DNA of 64,000 bases from an uncultured delta proteobacterium (GTDB lineage: Bacteria > Myxococcota_A > Polyangia > Fen-1088): positions 1,504,001-1,568,000 of the forward strand of contig CAVYGB010000010.1 in the NCBI GenBank assembly GCA_963767925.1, written 5' to 3'. Below, in pieces: positions 1 through 9,881 of this stretch. The notes under the pieces are model-generated. The model saw nothing but the letters and a program-made list of their open reading frames with translations. It ran no database searches and had not been told where the DNA came from. A program made the position numbers and the translations under genes. How positions within the stretch are numbered: position 1 is the first letter of the stretch; every line of letters starts with the position of its first letter.

Positions 1-150
1 CAACTTCCGGAGGCGCTCCTCCTCATTCGCCGGCACGATGGTGGCTGCATGTGGCGACCTTCAGGGCTCTACATCGACAGCCCCCCCGATCTGGACCCCG
101 CGCTCGCCGCCCCGGCTGCTCGCGGAAGGGACACCGGGCCCCGGCTGCCG

Positions 151-702
151 TCAGGACGATCCGCGGGGCCGGTAGCAGAAGCCGATCCGGAACCGCAGCT
201 TTCCATTCTGCAGGAGATCGGGCAGCGGCGGCGGCAGGGGCGCCGACTGCGCGAAGGCCTGCACGGCCATGGCGTCGAGCAGGCTCACCCCCGACGGCAC
301 CTCGACCGACAAGCTCGCCAGCGTGCCGTTTCTCCGCACCTCGATCAGGAGGGCGGTGTAGCGATCTTCGTCTCCGAAGAGGGTCCCGGTGCGGTCCCTG
401 CGCCGCTCGTCTTCCGGGCGCCAGTGCGGCGCGACGCGCTCCTTCACCGTCTGGAAGTATCCGCTCCCGGCGCCCGCCGGTCCCGGCCGCTCGTCACAGC
501 CGGCCGACACCTCCGCCGGCGGAAGCATCGGCAAAGACGGCGAGACCACTCGCGGCGGGTGCCCGCAGGCGCCCGGCCCGATCATGCCCAGCATCGCTCC
601 GACCCGGGCGGCCCACCCCGCCGCGCTGACCGGGCGAGTCGCCCGCCCGGTCAGCAGCCGGGCGCAGGCCCTCGCGGGCGTCCTTTTGCCTGCGGGCTTC
701 AT
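151..702 (-). CDS. TonB C-terminal domain (energy transducer TonB-like) protein, probable lipoprotein; start uncertain
   Basis: YFQTVKERVAPHW...LIEVRRNGTLASLSVEVPSGVSLLDAMAVQAFAQSAPLPPP matches the TonB_C/TolA C-terminal pattern; possible lipobox GAC. Confidence 0.75.
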   Translation of the reverse strand: MKPAGKRTPARACARLLTGRATRPVSAAGWAARVGAMLGMIGPGACGHPPRVVSPSLPMLPPAEVSAGCDERPGPAGAGSGYFQTVKERVAPHWRPEDERRRDRTGTLFGDEDRYTALLIEVRRNGTLASLSVEVPSGVSLLDAMAVQAFAQSAPLPPPLPDLLQNGKLRFRIGFCYRPRGSS

Positions 703-839
703 CTATCGCTGCTTAACACGCCGGTAGCGCCTCGGCGCGCCCTCTCGACCCCGGTCGTGGGGGCCAGAACATGGCGCCATTGGCCGGATCCCACCAGGTT
801 GACCAGCCTGGCCAGAGACAGACCGTGCGGGAAGGGGTA

Positions 840-869
840 GGTTGACCGCCGACAGGGGCGGACCCATCT
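840..869 (+). promoter_or_regulatory. Putative sigma32-like/stress promoter GGTTGA-N17-CCCATCT
   Basis: Upstream of the GlsB-family gene; the same bipartite motif lies upstream of the SDR gene (26366-26394); resembles RpoH consensus TTGAA...CCCCAT. Confidence 0.4.
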
Positions 870-892
870 GTTTGGGAAACCTGGAGGTACAG

Positions 893-1156
893 ATGTCGCT
901 TGAAACATTCCTGCTGTGGCTGGTGGTCGGGCTCATCGCGGGCTTCCTGGCCTCGATCCTCGTCGGCGGTGGCCTGGGCCTGATCGGCAACATCATAGTC
1001 GGAGTCGTGGGCGCCTTTCTGGGCGGCTTCCTCTTCCGCGCGCTGGGCATCGGCGTCCCCTTCGGAGGAATGGCAGGCTCCATCTTCGTCGCCTTCGTCG
1101 GCGCCGTCGTGCTCCTGCTCATCTTGCGACTCTTACGCGGCGGCCGCCGCTTGTAG
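893..1156 (+). CDS. GlsB/YeaQ/YmgE (transglycosylase-associated) stress-response membrane protein
   Basis: WLVVGLIAGFLAS...GLIGNIIVGVVGAFLGG...GAVVLL signature; GGAGG RBS at 883-887. Confidence 0.92.
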   Translation: MSLETFLLWLVVGLIAGFLASILVGGGLGLIGNIIVGVVGAFLGGFLFRALGIGVPFGGMAGSIFVAFVGAVVLLLILRLLRGGRRL

Positions 1157-1269
1157 CGGCCGCCAGGTCCACCGGCCCGGGTCCGCCCGGGATCGCCGCC
1201 CGACGTCCGCTGAATGAGCGTCTTCTAGCAGGCACGACCTTCGCTGAGCCGCGACGCTGTCGCCTGAGA

Positions 1270-1873
1270 CACCGGCGGGCGGACTCAGCCTACCCGACCG
1301 CGAAGCTGCGAGGCGTCAAAAAGCACGCGGTCGGCGCGGTCCTCGACAACTTGGCGAGAGTCGACCCCCCACCGGAATCACCAGCCAACCGCGGCCGGCT
1401 GTTTCGTCGGATATCTCCTTCTCGACGCGCTGATCGTGAACGTCGATAGGCATCACGAGAACTGGGCGGTCATCCAGAGTTACCAATCGACTCCGATGCG
1501 CAATCTTGCGCCCAGCTACGATCATGCGTCGTCACTTGGACGCGAGTTGCGCGACGAGAAGCGCGCCGCGTATCTTCACGGGCGCGACAAGAGATCCACA
1601 TTGGACGCGTACCTGCGTCGCGCGCGATCGGCATTCTATTCAGGGCACAGCGCCGTAGCTCCGATGACTCCACTTGAGGCCTTCCACGCCGGACGCGACT
1701 TTGCCCCCGAGGCTGCAGCCTTCTGGCTGCCCCGCGTCCGAGACCTGCGTCAAGATGTCATCGAGGACATCGTGAACGCCGTTCCACCCGAGCTCATGAG
1801 CGACACCGCTCGGCATTTCGCCGCCCAAGTCGTGGTTCGCTCACGGGCCGCATTGCTCGCTGGTGCTCCGTGA
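1270..1873 (+). pseudogene. HipA-like kinase, 5'-truncated and frameshifted
   Basis: FVGYLLLDALIVNVDRHHENW and LAPSYDHASSLG kinase motifs; the upstream segment (SAYPTAKLRGVKKH) is in another frame with a shift near 1365-1400; no N-terminal lobe or start codon found. Confidence 0.8.
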
Positions 1874-2628
1874 GTGATCAGTTCGCCCGCAGGCTGGTCG
1901 TAACGTGGAAGAACGATTCCAGCCGCCGAATCATCCCGGTCGGCGAGCTCCTCGTGAGCGCTGACGAGAAGCAATACGAGTTCGGTTACCTCATGGGCGT
2001 TCGCGATGCCGAGAGCCATGGCTTTCAGCCCTTCGTCGCCTTCCCGCGTCTGGACACCAGATACGAGAGCTCAGAGCTGTTTCCGTTCTTCGCGAACCGC
2101 GTCCTCCCGACCACGCCCCGACTACCTGGAATCCTTGAACGCAGTCGGCCTCGACGCCGCTCAAGCCAGTGTCGCCGAGGTGCTCGGGCGAACGAACGGG
2201 TTACGAGCAACCGATCGGATCGAAACCATTCTCGTACCGATACCCGACCTCGCTGGAAGGTACGTGACCCGATTCCTAGTTCGTGGCGTGCGCTACGCGG
2301 ACGGTAGCGAGCTGGCTATTGCTTCACTGGTGGCGGGCTCTCGACTCCGCGCCGTTATCGATGAACAAAACGACTACGACCCTCGCGCGCGAAAGCTTCT
2401 GACAAACAATGACGTAGCTATCGGACACGTGCCGGACTACTTGATCGCCGATCTGGACGCCCTTGAAGCGGCCGGTGAGGCACCAGCCGTCATCGTGGAG
2501 CGCGTAAATCCGCCCCCCACGTCGCTGCACTTCGAGTCCTTTGCCGTGTGGAATCGACGTGGCCTGGAGGGTTCGTTCCATTCGATGATCCCCGCCTCCT
2601 TCAGCGGGCCACCCCGTACGCGGCATAG
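1870..2628 (+). pseudogene. HipS-like N-terminal plus HIRAN-domain protein with two frameshifts
   Basis: IIPVGEL...YEFGY...SSELFPFFANRV, then (shift ~2115) RPDY...ATDRIE...FLVRGVRY...NDYDPRA...IGHVPDYL (HIRAN-like), then (shift ~2533) RVLCRVESTWP...TAG at 2626-2628; GTGA overlap with the kinase stop. Confidence 0.75.
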
Positions 2629-2662
2629 GGGCGACATACTTCGATCGCCTCGAAGGCGGCTG

Positions 2663-3049
2663 CTACGACATCCGCCTCGGGACGTGGGCCACGGCCAGCT
2701 CGTCTGCGAGGTCCGCGAACCGGGGGTCTGCCGTCCACACCTGAAGCCGATCAACGAGCGCGGACGCCAGCAGATGGACATCGATCCACCCCACGCCGCG
2801 GCCCTGGAGGCGTCGATCGCGCGCGAATGCGACGACCTCGCGGTGAGGAATCACACTCGCCTGGCGCATCTGCGCGTAGGCCACCAGCAGTTTCGGTCGC
2901 CCTCCCCTGTCGCCGATCAGGAGCTCGCCAAAGATCAGCTCATGCCCGACCACCTCATCGCGCTCGAGAAGCCGGTCGAGCTCGGCGGCGTACGGCTCAC
3001 GATTGGCCAGGAAGCGAATCCAAACAGAGGTATCGACGAGCACCATCAT
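2663..3049 (-). CDS. vapC: PIN-domain ribonuclease toxin (VapC family)
   Basis: N-terminal VLVDTSVW, GELLIG, WIDVHLLASA and VWTAD PIN motifs; 128 aa. Confidence 0.92.
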   Translation of the reverse strand: MMVLVDTSVWIRFLANREPYAAELDRLLERDEVVGHELIFGELLIGDRGGRPKLLVAYAQMRQASVIPHREVVAFARDRRLQGRGVGWIDVHLLASALVDRLQVWTADPRFADLADELAVAHVPRRMS

Positions 3050-3261
3050 GCGGCCCGACGCTTCGTCGGCGGCTTGTCGCGCCTCCGTGGGACGTCTTTT
3101 GCGCCGGGCTCCGACCCGCGCAGCGCCCTCAAGCGTTCGTAAGCTGCGTGTCGGACCAGCGCCTCCAAGCCCAGCCGGACCGTCTCCGTATCAGTCGCTG
3201 CCCCACAGGCGCTCCTGGCCTCCTCCAGGAGCTTTTCGTCGATGTGCAGCGTCTTCTTCAT
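3046..3261 (-). CDS. vapB: VapB-family antitoxin
   Basis: MKKTLHIDEKLLEEAR...TDTETVRLGLEAL (VapB32-like RHH); ATGA overlap with vapC. Confidence 0.88.
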   Translation of the reverse strand: MKKTLHIDEKLLEEARSACGAATDTETVRLGLEALVRHAAYERLRALRGSEPGAKDVPRRRDKPPTKRRAA

Positions 3262-3375
3262 AAGGACAAATCTGCCATACACATATGGCTCCCACAAGCC
3301 CGGCAGGTGAGCAGACCTCCAGGGCACCGTCGGTCTGGCCGGAGGCCGGCGTTCGCCGTTCAAACCGTTCGGTGC

Positions 3376-4374
3376 TTAGCGGCTGGCGGCGGCGGGGGTC
3401 AGGGTGGGGGCGGGGGGCGCCGGGAGGGAAGGCGGGGCTGGCTTGGCCGCGGCGGTCGTCGCCGGGCTGGCGGGCTGCTCCGCGGCGGCGATGGCCTTGG
3501 TACGGATCTCGTCTTTGATCTTTTCGAGCCCGGGATCGGGGGCGGCGGCGACCGGCGCGAGTGGGGGCGCCTCGGCCTTGGGCCGGGTGAACATCTCTTC
3601 GAGGCGCTTGATCCGCGACTCTGTCGAGGGGTGGGTCGACAGCAGGATGCTCATGGCCGGGGTCGGGTCGGCGGCCGCCCGCCGCGAGAGGAACTGCGCC
3701 AGGCCGCCGGGTTGAAAGCCGGCCGCCCGGGTGTATTTGAGGGCGATGCCGTCGGCCGCCAGCTCCTGCTGGCGCGAGCGCACAGCCACCGCGCCGCCGC
3801 CCACGAAGCCGGCAGAGATCTCGGCCACCACCCGCTTGGAGTCCCCCTTCTTCGCCAGGTCGACGCCCGCCGCCGTCAGCACGGCGGTCGACCCCATCAC
3901 CTCGATCAGGCGCTCCATGGCGTGGCCCTTCACCGCGTGCCCCAGCTCGTGCGCCAGGATGCCGGCCAGCTCGTCGCGGCTGGCCACCTCGAGCAGCAGG
4001 CCCGAATAGACGTACACCGTACCGCCGGGGATCTCGAAGGCGTTGGCCCGCTGCCAGTCGTCGATGATCTTTATCCCGAGCTTGCGGCCGCCGCTGTCCT
4101 TGGCGGCGGCCTTCACCAGCGGGGCCCAGACCTCCTTGACGTATCCGGCGATGGTCGGGTTCGCCGGGCGCGTCTGGCGCTCGATGCCGGGTTCGACCTT
4201 CTTCTGCAGGTTCTTCTCGGCCTGGACGGTCCCCGCCTTCTTGACGTCCTCGACGTTGTCGTCGACCAGCCGCGAGAACTTCGCCCGGCCCAGGTCGGTC
4301 AGCCCACACCCGATCGATGTAAGCGTCAGCCCGTTCAGCGCCCACATCCACGTCGCTCTGGCTCGCAGATTCAT
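3376..4374 (-). CDS. M48-family zinc metalloprotease, probable lipoprotein
   Basis: NAF-IPGG-VYVYSGLL, ELAGILAHELGH (HExxH), SRQQELAAD and LSTHP motifs; lipobox SIGC. Confidence 0.92.
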   Translation of the reverse strand: MNLRARATWMWALNGLTLTSIGCGLTDLGRAKFSRLVDDNVEDVKKAGTVQAEKNLQKKVEPGIERQTRPANPTIAGYVKEVWAPLVKAAAKDSGGRKLGIKIIDDWQRANAFEIPGGTVYVYSGLLLEVASRDELAGILAHELGHAVKGHAMERLIEVMGSTAVLTAAGVDLAKKGDSKRVVAEISAGFVGGGAVAVRSRQQELAADGIALKYTRAAGFQPGGLAQFLSRRAAADPTPAMSILLSTHPSTESRIKRLEEMFTRPKAEAPPLAPVAAAPDPGLEKIKDEIRTKAIAAAEQPASPATTAAAKPAPPSLPAPPAPTLTPAAASR

Positions 4375-4410
4375 CTGGAAGACTCCGCCGCTTGTACGTT
4401 CGATAGAACG

Positions 4411-5139
4411 ATGGTGACCCCAGAACTTCCTTCGTCACCGCCTGGGCGCCACGCGGGCGGGATCCTTTTGCTCATCCTCCTCGCCGCCGCTCCGGCTGGC
4501 TGTGCCCTGGCCCCGCAGGCCGCGCCCGACAACGGGCCCGCCTCGCTGCCCAGCTTCCCCTGGCCGCCGCCCGCCGCCTCCGCCCACGACGACCTGACCG
4601 TGGCCCTGACCCGAGCCCCCGCCAGCACGCTCGGCGAATGGGACGCCCGGCTGGCTGCGGCCCTGGCTCAGGCGGGCTACAGCGAGCGGGTCTACCACCA
4701 CGTCCCCGAGGGCTTCGCCCTGGTGACCCGCCTCGAGCAGATCGACGGGGACGGCCGCCCCCGGGGCGAGCAGCGCTGGTCGAAGGACCAGCCCCGCCCC
4801 GAATTCTTCTCTCTCGGGTCGTACCTGCGCTCCGTCTTCCTGCCCACGGTGGGTCGCTACCGGGTGCTGGTCTTCGTGGTGAGCTCCGCGCCCTTCGCCC
4901 TGACGGCCCGGGGGCCTTCCCGCGAGAAGGCGGACGACTGGGGCCGCAGCGGCATGCTCGGCTTGCCCGCCTCGATCGCCGGGCAGGCGCTGGCGCCCGG
5001 GCACCGCTGCGCCGCCCTGGTGTACGAGTTCGAGCGGCCGGACGCCGAGCAGGACCCCCGCTTCGTCGAGGCCAGCTTGCTCAGCGGCCACCAGCACCTG
5101 GTCGGCAGCGGCCTCTGGCAGAGGATCTCCGGGTCGTGA
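4411..5139 (+). CDS. Hypothetical lipoprotein/secreted protein
   Basis: Hydrophobic stretch plus PAGC lipobox; GC3-rich codon usage; globular region starting FPWPPP. Confidence 0.65.
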   Translation: MVTPELPSSPPGRHAGGILLLILLAAAPAGCALAPQAAPDNGPASLPSFPWPPPAASAHDDLTVALTRAPASTLGEWDARLAAALAQAGYSERVYHHVPEGFALVTRLEQIDGDGRPRGEQRWSKDQPRPEFFSLGSYLRSVFLPTVGRYRVLVFVVSSAPFALTARGPSREKADDWGRSGMLGLPASIAGQALAPGHRCAALVYEFERPDAEQDPRFVEASLLSGHQHLVGSGLWQRISGS

Positions 5140-5573
5140 GCCGGATTCCCCTGCGGAGCGCGCGCCGGCGGCTGCTCGTTCACTGGTGCGCCGGGACGCT
5201 GTTCGCGACGCTCACCCTGTTCGCCCAGACGCTGGGCGGCCGCCACGGCGACGGCGTCGATCGCGTCTGGAGCTGGCTGGCCACCGCGGTGGTCCCCACG
5301 CTGTCCCTCGTCACCGCGGTGGTGGGCGCCGACGCCCGCGGCCCACGCCGCCGCGACTCCTCCGTCGACCGCTTCTTCTACCGGCTCACGGTGCTCCTCA
5401 CCTGGGTCTATCTGGGCGCGCTCTGCCTCATCCTCTGGCTCCCCTGGCAGTCCGCCAGCTTCCTCCAGAGAGCCGGCCTGTTCACCGCCATCTTTCAGGG
5501 CGTCGTCGCCGCCTCCTTCGGCATCTTCTTTACCCAGACCACATCCGACCCCAAACCCGAACCAGCGAGCTAG
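5136..5573 (+). CDS. Hypothetical 4-TM membrane protein
   Basis: GTGA overlap with the upstream gene; four hydrophobic segments. Confidence 0.7.
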   Translation: MSRIPLRSARRRLLVHWCAGTLFATLTLFAQTLGGRHGDGVDRVWSWLATAVVPTLSLVTAVVGADARGPRRRDSSVDRFFYRLTVLLTWVYLGALCLILWLPWQSASFLQRAGLFTAIFQGVVAASFGIFFTQTTSDPKPEPAS

Positions 5574-5718
5574 GGCGCGGCCGTTTGCGGAGAACGCGCC
5601 GTCCCTCGGCGAGGGGAACGGAGCGGAATCTGAGGCCATCAACCTCTTTTGCGCCGCTCAACCAAGAATCGTAGGGGAGTACCCTCGGTCGCTGTGACGT
5701 CGGCGCTCGCCGCTGATC

Positions 5719-6702
5719 TCAAGCCGGGCGCTGGGCCACCACCATCGAGATCCACGAGGGGCCGGGCAGGGCGCGCGGGAGGAGGCCGGCTTCGCCGAGG
5801 AGGGTCTCGACCTCGGCGGCGTGGAGGACGGGGCCTCCCCAGGACTCGAGGACCAGGGACCAGACGGCGCTCCGGGCTTCGCCGGCGGCGCTGTTGATGA
5901 CCGGTATGATCACCCAGCCGCCGGGGCGCAGGGCGGTGCGGATGCGCGCCAGGGCTTCGGCCACGTCCGCGCGCCTTCCGAGGAAGAAGGCCGGTAGCCA
6001 GGCGGCTTCGTAGCTGGCGTCGTCCCGCAGCTCCTGGACGGTCATCGCGCGCAGGTCGACGCGGTCGGTGAAGCCGGCGGCGGCGACGTTGGCGCGCGCG
6101 AGGGCGAGCGGGACCTCGTAGGGGTCGAGGCCGACCACGGCCAGGGCCGGGAACTCCTTGCACAGGGCGATGCTGAGGGCGGCGACGCCGACGCCGACGT
6201 CGAGGAACCGGGCGCCTGGGCGGGCCAGGCGCTCGCTCAGGTCGCCGAGCTGGGGGGCGAGCCGGGTCCTGAACGCGGCGGCGAACATACTCGAACCGTC
6301 GCCCTGGGCCTGGAGGATCGCGGGGTCGGTGTGGCGCCAGCCGGCGCTGGCGGGATCGCCCGCGGCGCGGAGGTAGGCGGAGGCTTGCAGCAAGGCGGAG
6401 CGGTAGTCCCCGGACAGGGCGGCGCGCGCGCCGGGATCGAGGCTCGGCAGCACGCCGGGGGCGAGCTGGTAGCGGGAGCTTTCGACCGCCACCACGCCGC
6501 GGACGGCGGCCACGGCCAGGCAGCGCTCGATGCGCGCCCGGGACAGCGCCGGACAGCGGGCGGCCAGCTCCTCCAGCGTGCGCGGCTCGGCGAGGGCGTC
6601 GGCGAGGCCCGAGTCGAACAGCACGCCGAGCGCGGCGAGGGTCCAGGTCGCGCCGGAGAGCTCGTCGATGAGGACCGAAAACTGCTGTGGGGTCGAGATC
6701 AT
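5719..6702 (-). CDS. Class I SAM-dependent methyltransferase with N-terminal wHTH/dimerisation region
   Basis: FLDVGVGVA motif I, VVGLD, ALRPGG. Confidence 0.9.
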   Translation of the reverse strand: MISTPQQFSVLIDELSGATWTLAALGVLFDSGLADALAEPRTLEELAARCPALSRARIERCLAVAAVRGVVAVESSRYQLAPGVLPSLDPGARAALSGDYRSALLQASAYLRAAGDPASAGWRHTDPAILQAQGDGSSMFAAAFRTRLAPQLGDLSERLARPGARFLDVGVGVAALSIALCKEFPALAVVGLDPYEVPLALARANVAAAGFTDRVDLRAMTVQELRDDASYEAAWLPAFFLGRRADVAEALARIRTALRPGGWVIIPVINSAAGEARSAVWSLVLESWGGPVLHAAEVETLLGEAGLLPRALPGPSWISMVVAQRPA

Positions 6703-6793
6703 GTGGGTTCCTCCCTTGCAGCCGATGGGCAGAGTCTCCGGTCGCCAGGCGGGCGGAGCGCCCTCTGGGCTCGGTCCGACGGGCTGCTATCAA

Positions 6794-6817
6794 AGGCGTT
6801 ACTTTCCCTGGAACACC
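6794..6817 (-). promoter_or_regulatory. 24-bp dyad motif, copy 1 (GGTGTTCCAGGGAAAGTAACGCCT on minus strand), putative operator
   Basis: 20/24 identical to 9882-9905 on the plus strand; core GTTCC-N7-GTAAC; upstream of the methyltransferase. Confidence 0.6.
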
Positions 6818-6818
6818 T

Positions 6819-9800
6819 TCAAGGACGGAAGCAGCAGTACGTCCCGGTGCGCAAGGCGTCCTCGAGGAATCGGCCCAGCTCGGGGTCGACCTCGGCGACG
6901 CGGGCGACGGCGTCTTTCAGCCGGCGCTGGACGTTGACGCGGGCGCGCTCGGTGGCCGAGCCGGCCAGGCGTGCCCTGCCGCCGAGGCCGGTGGCGCGGG
7001 CGAGCTCCCCGGCCAGCGCCTGGCGCTCGCGCAGCAGCGGGTCGGCCCGGCCGGGGTCGTCCAGCGCCTCGATGGTGGCGTCGATCTCGGCGATGCGGCG
7101 GCGGTAGGCGGCCCGCGCTCGATCGTCGAGCAGCTCGCCGGCGTGGCTCTCGGTCAGGCTCGCGCCCTCCCCGGCGAGGGCCAGCACGTGGACCTCCTCG
7201 CCCGGGCGCTCGGCCAGCCGGGCCAGCAGCTGCAGGCCCCGCGAGTCCTTCACGCGCACGATCCTCCCGCCGTGCTCCATCGTCCAGACGTCGCCCGCGC
7301 GCTCGAGCCGGAAGGAGTGGCGCGGCGGCACGGCGGACCCCTGGCTGCCCTCCGCGGCCACGAGTGCCGCCGCCTCTCCGCCGCGCCCGGCTCGCTCGAG
7401 GACCTGCGCCAGCTCGCGCGAGACCTGGGCCACCCAGGGGGCGTGGCCCCTGGTTCGTTCCTTGGCCAGCGCCTGCCGCAGGCGGGCCTCGGCCGAGGCC
7501 AGGTCGCCGAGGGCGGCGTCGAGCAGGCCGAGCACGCGGCCGACCGTGCCTTCGTAGGTGAACGATATGCCGGCCCCGAAGGTGTCGTCGCCCTCGAGCT
7601 CGCTCAGCCGCCGGTGGGCGAAGCGGCGATCGTCGGCGCTGCCCGCCAGGGCCACCGCCTCGGCCAGGGTGACGCGGGAGCCGGCTTCAGGGTCGCCCAT
7701 GGCCACCGCGAGGTCGACGTCCGCGAGCGCGGCGCGGGTGGCCTCCACGTCCCCCAGCCGGGCGTAGCAGCTCGCGCGCATCGTCGCGGCGAACTCCTCC
7801 TTGCGCTTGACTCCGTCGATGGCCCCCTCCAGCCGGGTGAGGGCGCGGGCGATGTCGTCCGGGGCGCGCAGGAGGCGAGCCCGCATGACCTCGTGGCCGG
7901 CGAGGGCGAGGGCCAGCGAGGGGGCGTCGGCGAGAGGCGCGATCTGGGCCACCTCGGCGGCGTGCCGTTCGGCCTCCCGGAAACGACCCAGGGCGAGCGC
8001 TCTTCCCGCCGCCAGCAGCAGGGGGCCCCAGCGCGAGCGCGGGTGCCCCACCCGGCCGGACAGCTCGAGGGCCTGGCTCACGGTGCGGGTGAAGGCGGCA
8101 AAGTCGCCCGCCTCGACGTGCCACCAGGAGAGCCAGGTGAGGGCGGTCAGCGCCTTGGCGTGGTCCTGCGCGGCGAGGGCCCGATCGCGGAGCTCGGAGG
8201 CCCAGGCGATCCGATCGGCGACGGGGGTGTAATAGGCGCCGAGGCCGCCGTCCGCGAGGACGTCGAGGATCGCCCCGGGATCCCCGGTGGCGCGCGCCTC
8301 GGCCAGGGCCTGCACGGCCAGCGCGGTGGGGACGCTCGGATCGTCGGCCGGCTGCAGGGCGGTGGCGAGCCGCGCCCGCACCCGACAGGCCAGGCCGGGC
8401 GTCTGCTCACCGAGCCTCCGCTGCGCCTCCTCGAGCGCCGCGATCTGAAAGGGATCGATCACGGCGACCCGCACCTCGGAGGCGTGGAGGAGCGCGGCGC
8501 GGGCGAAAGACTCGGCGTCGCCCGCCTCCCGGCTGGCGGCGATGATCGCCTCGCACAGCCGGCGCGCCGTCGCCGCCTCTCCGGCCTCCTGCGCGACCTG
8601 GGCGGCGTGCAGGCGTTCGGGGAGGGTGGCCGCCGGCAGGAAGCCGGCGGCGCGGGCCTCGGCGACGCGCGCGTGGAGCGCGAACGCCCGATCGAACGCG
8701 CCCTCGCGCTCGAGCAGCAAGGTGGCCCGGCCGGCCAGGGCCAGCGCCTGCTCGGCCCGGCCACAGGGCGCCGCCGCCAGGGCGTGGCGCGCGCGCTCGA
8801 CCAGCACGTCGGCCGAGTCGCCGAACGCGGCCAGCGCTTGCTCGGCGCGCTCGTGCAACCGCACGCGCTCGAGCGGCGAGATCGCCTCGCGGATGGCGTC
8901 GCCCACCAGGGCGTGGCTGAAGACGAGCTGCCCGGGCCGCGGCTCGCCCAGGATCCCGGCGGCGAGCGCGGGCAGGAGGGTATCCACCACCCGTACGGGC
9001 GTCGCGTCCTGCATGCGCGCGACGGTCGCGGCGGCGAACTCGCGACCGAGCACGGCCCCGCAGGCGAGCGCGTCGCGGGCCGCGTCCGGCAGCAGCGCCA
9101 CCCGATCGAGCACCACCTGACGGACGTTGGGCGGCAGGTGGAAGAGCGCCCCCTGGAGCCCCCCGGCGCTCTCGGCACCGCGGGCGCACTCGACGACGAA
9201 GAGCGGATTGCCGCCGGTGAGCTCGCGCAGCCGTTCGGCAGCGACGGGCGGGAGCGGGTGGCCGGTGGTCGCCTCGGCCAGCGCCGCCACCTCGGCGGTG
9301 GCGAGCGGACCCAGCGGCAGATCCAGGCCTTCGCGCCGCATGCGCGCCAGCCGGCGCAGCTTGCGCGCGTCGAGCCGGTTGTCGTGCGCGCGGGTCGTGG
9401 CCACCACCAGCGCGGGCAGGGCCCGCAGGGGCTGGGCCAGGAAGGTGAGCAGGTCGATCGTGCCGAGATCGGCGGCGTGGAGATCCTCGACCACCCAGAC
9501 GACCGCCCCGCCCGCGGCGGCGCTGGCGAGCGTCGCGAGCACCTCCTCCCAGAAGCGAAAAACCGCCTGATCGTCCAGCCGATCCCCCGCGCTCCCCGGC
9601 AGCTCCACGCCGAGCGCCCGCAGGCAGGGCCAGAGGGGGAAGTAGGGAGGCGCGTCGGCGAACTCCCAGGCCCGCCCCCACACGACCGGCTGGCCGTCGC
9701 CCTGGAGCTCCTCGGCGAAGCGGGCGGTCAGGGCGCTCTTGCCGATGCCGGGCTCACCCGACAGCAGGACCACCTGACCGCGGCCCGCACGCGCCGCCGC

Positions 9801-9857
9801 CCAGGCCTGCCTCAGCGTCGCCAGGGGGCCTTCGCGTCCATGAAGCGGGGCGGTCAT
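6819..9857 (-). CDS. STAND/AAA_16-type ATPase transcriptional regulator with helical repeats and C-terminal putative DNA-binding domain
   Basis: Walker A GEPGIGKS, Walker B VVEDLH, TGGNPLFV, FSHALV; C-terminal ERARVNV...RTGTYCCF tail. Confidence 0.88.
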   Translation of the reverse strand: MTAPLHGREGPLATLRQAWAAARAGRGQVVLLSGEPGIGKSALTARFAEELQGDGQPVVWGRAWEFADAPPYFPLWPCLRALGVELPGSAGDRLDDQAVFRFWEEVLATLASAAAGGAVVWVVEDLHAADLGTIDLLTFLAQPLRALPALVVATTRAHDNRLDARKLRRLARMRREGLDLPLGPLATAEVAALAEATTGHPLPPVAAERLRELTGGNPLFVVECARGAESAGGLQGALFHLPPNVRQVVLDRVALLPDAARDALACGAVLGREFAAATVARMQDATPVRVVDTLLPALAAGILGEPRPGQLVFSHALVGDAIREAISPLERVRLHERAEQALAAFGDSADVLVERARHALAAAPCGRAEQALALAGRATLLLEREGAFDRAFALHARVAEARAAGFLPAATLPERLHAAQVAQEAGEAATARRLCEAIIAASREAGDAESFARAALLHASEVRVAVIDPFQIAALEEAQRRLGEQTPGLACRVRARLATALQPADDPSVPTALAVQALAEARATGDPGAILDVLADGGLGAYYTPVADRIAWASELRDRALAAQDHAKALTALTWLSWWHVEAGDFAAFTRTVSQALELSGRVGHPRSRWGPLLLAAGRALALGRFREAERHAAEVAQIAPLADAPSLALALAGHEVMRARLLRAPDDIARALTRLEGAIDGVKRKEEFAATMRASCYARLGDVEATRAALADVDLAVAMGDPEAGSRVTLAEAVALAGSADDRRFAHRRLSELEGDDTFGAGISFTYEGTVGRVLGLLDAALGDLASAEARLRQALAKERTRGHAPWVAQVSRELAQVLERAGRGGEAAALVAAEGSQGSAVPPRHSFRLERAGDVWTMEHGGRIVRVKDSRGLQLLARLAERPGEEVHVLALAGEGASLTESHAGELLDDRARAAYRRRIAEIDATIEALDDPGRADPLLRERQALAGELARATGLGGRARLAGSATERARVNVQRRLKDAVARVAEVDPELGRFLEDALRTGTYCCFRP

Positions 9858-9881
9858 CGCGACACGCTGAGTTGTTACACC

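Noticed and set aside
1..150. Possible partial gene at the window edge
   Set aside because: No frame gives a recognisable product.
2827..5139. 770-aa plus-strand ORF
   Set aside because: Only the last ~240 aa (from 4411) look coding; the rest overlaps vapBC and the M48 gene in antisense.
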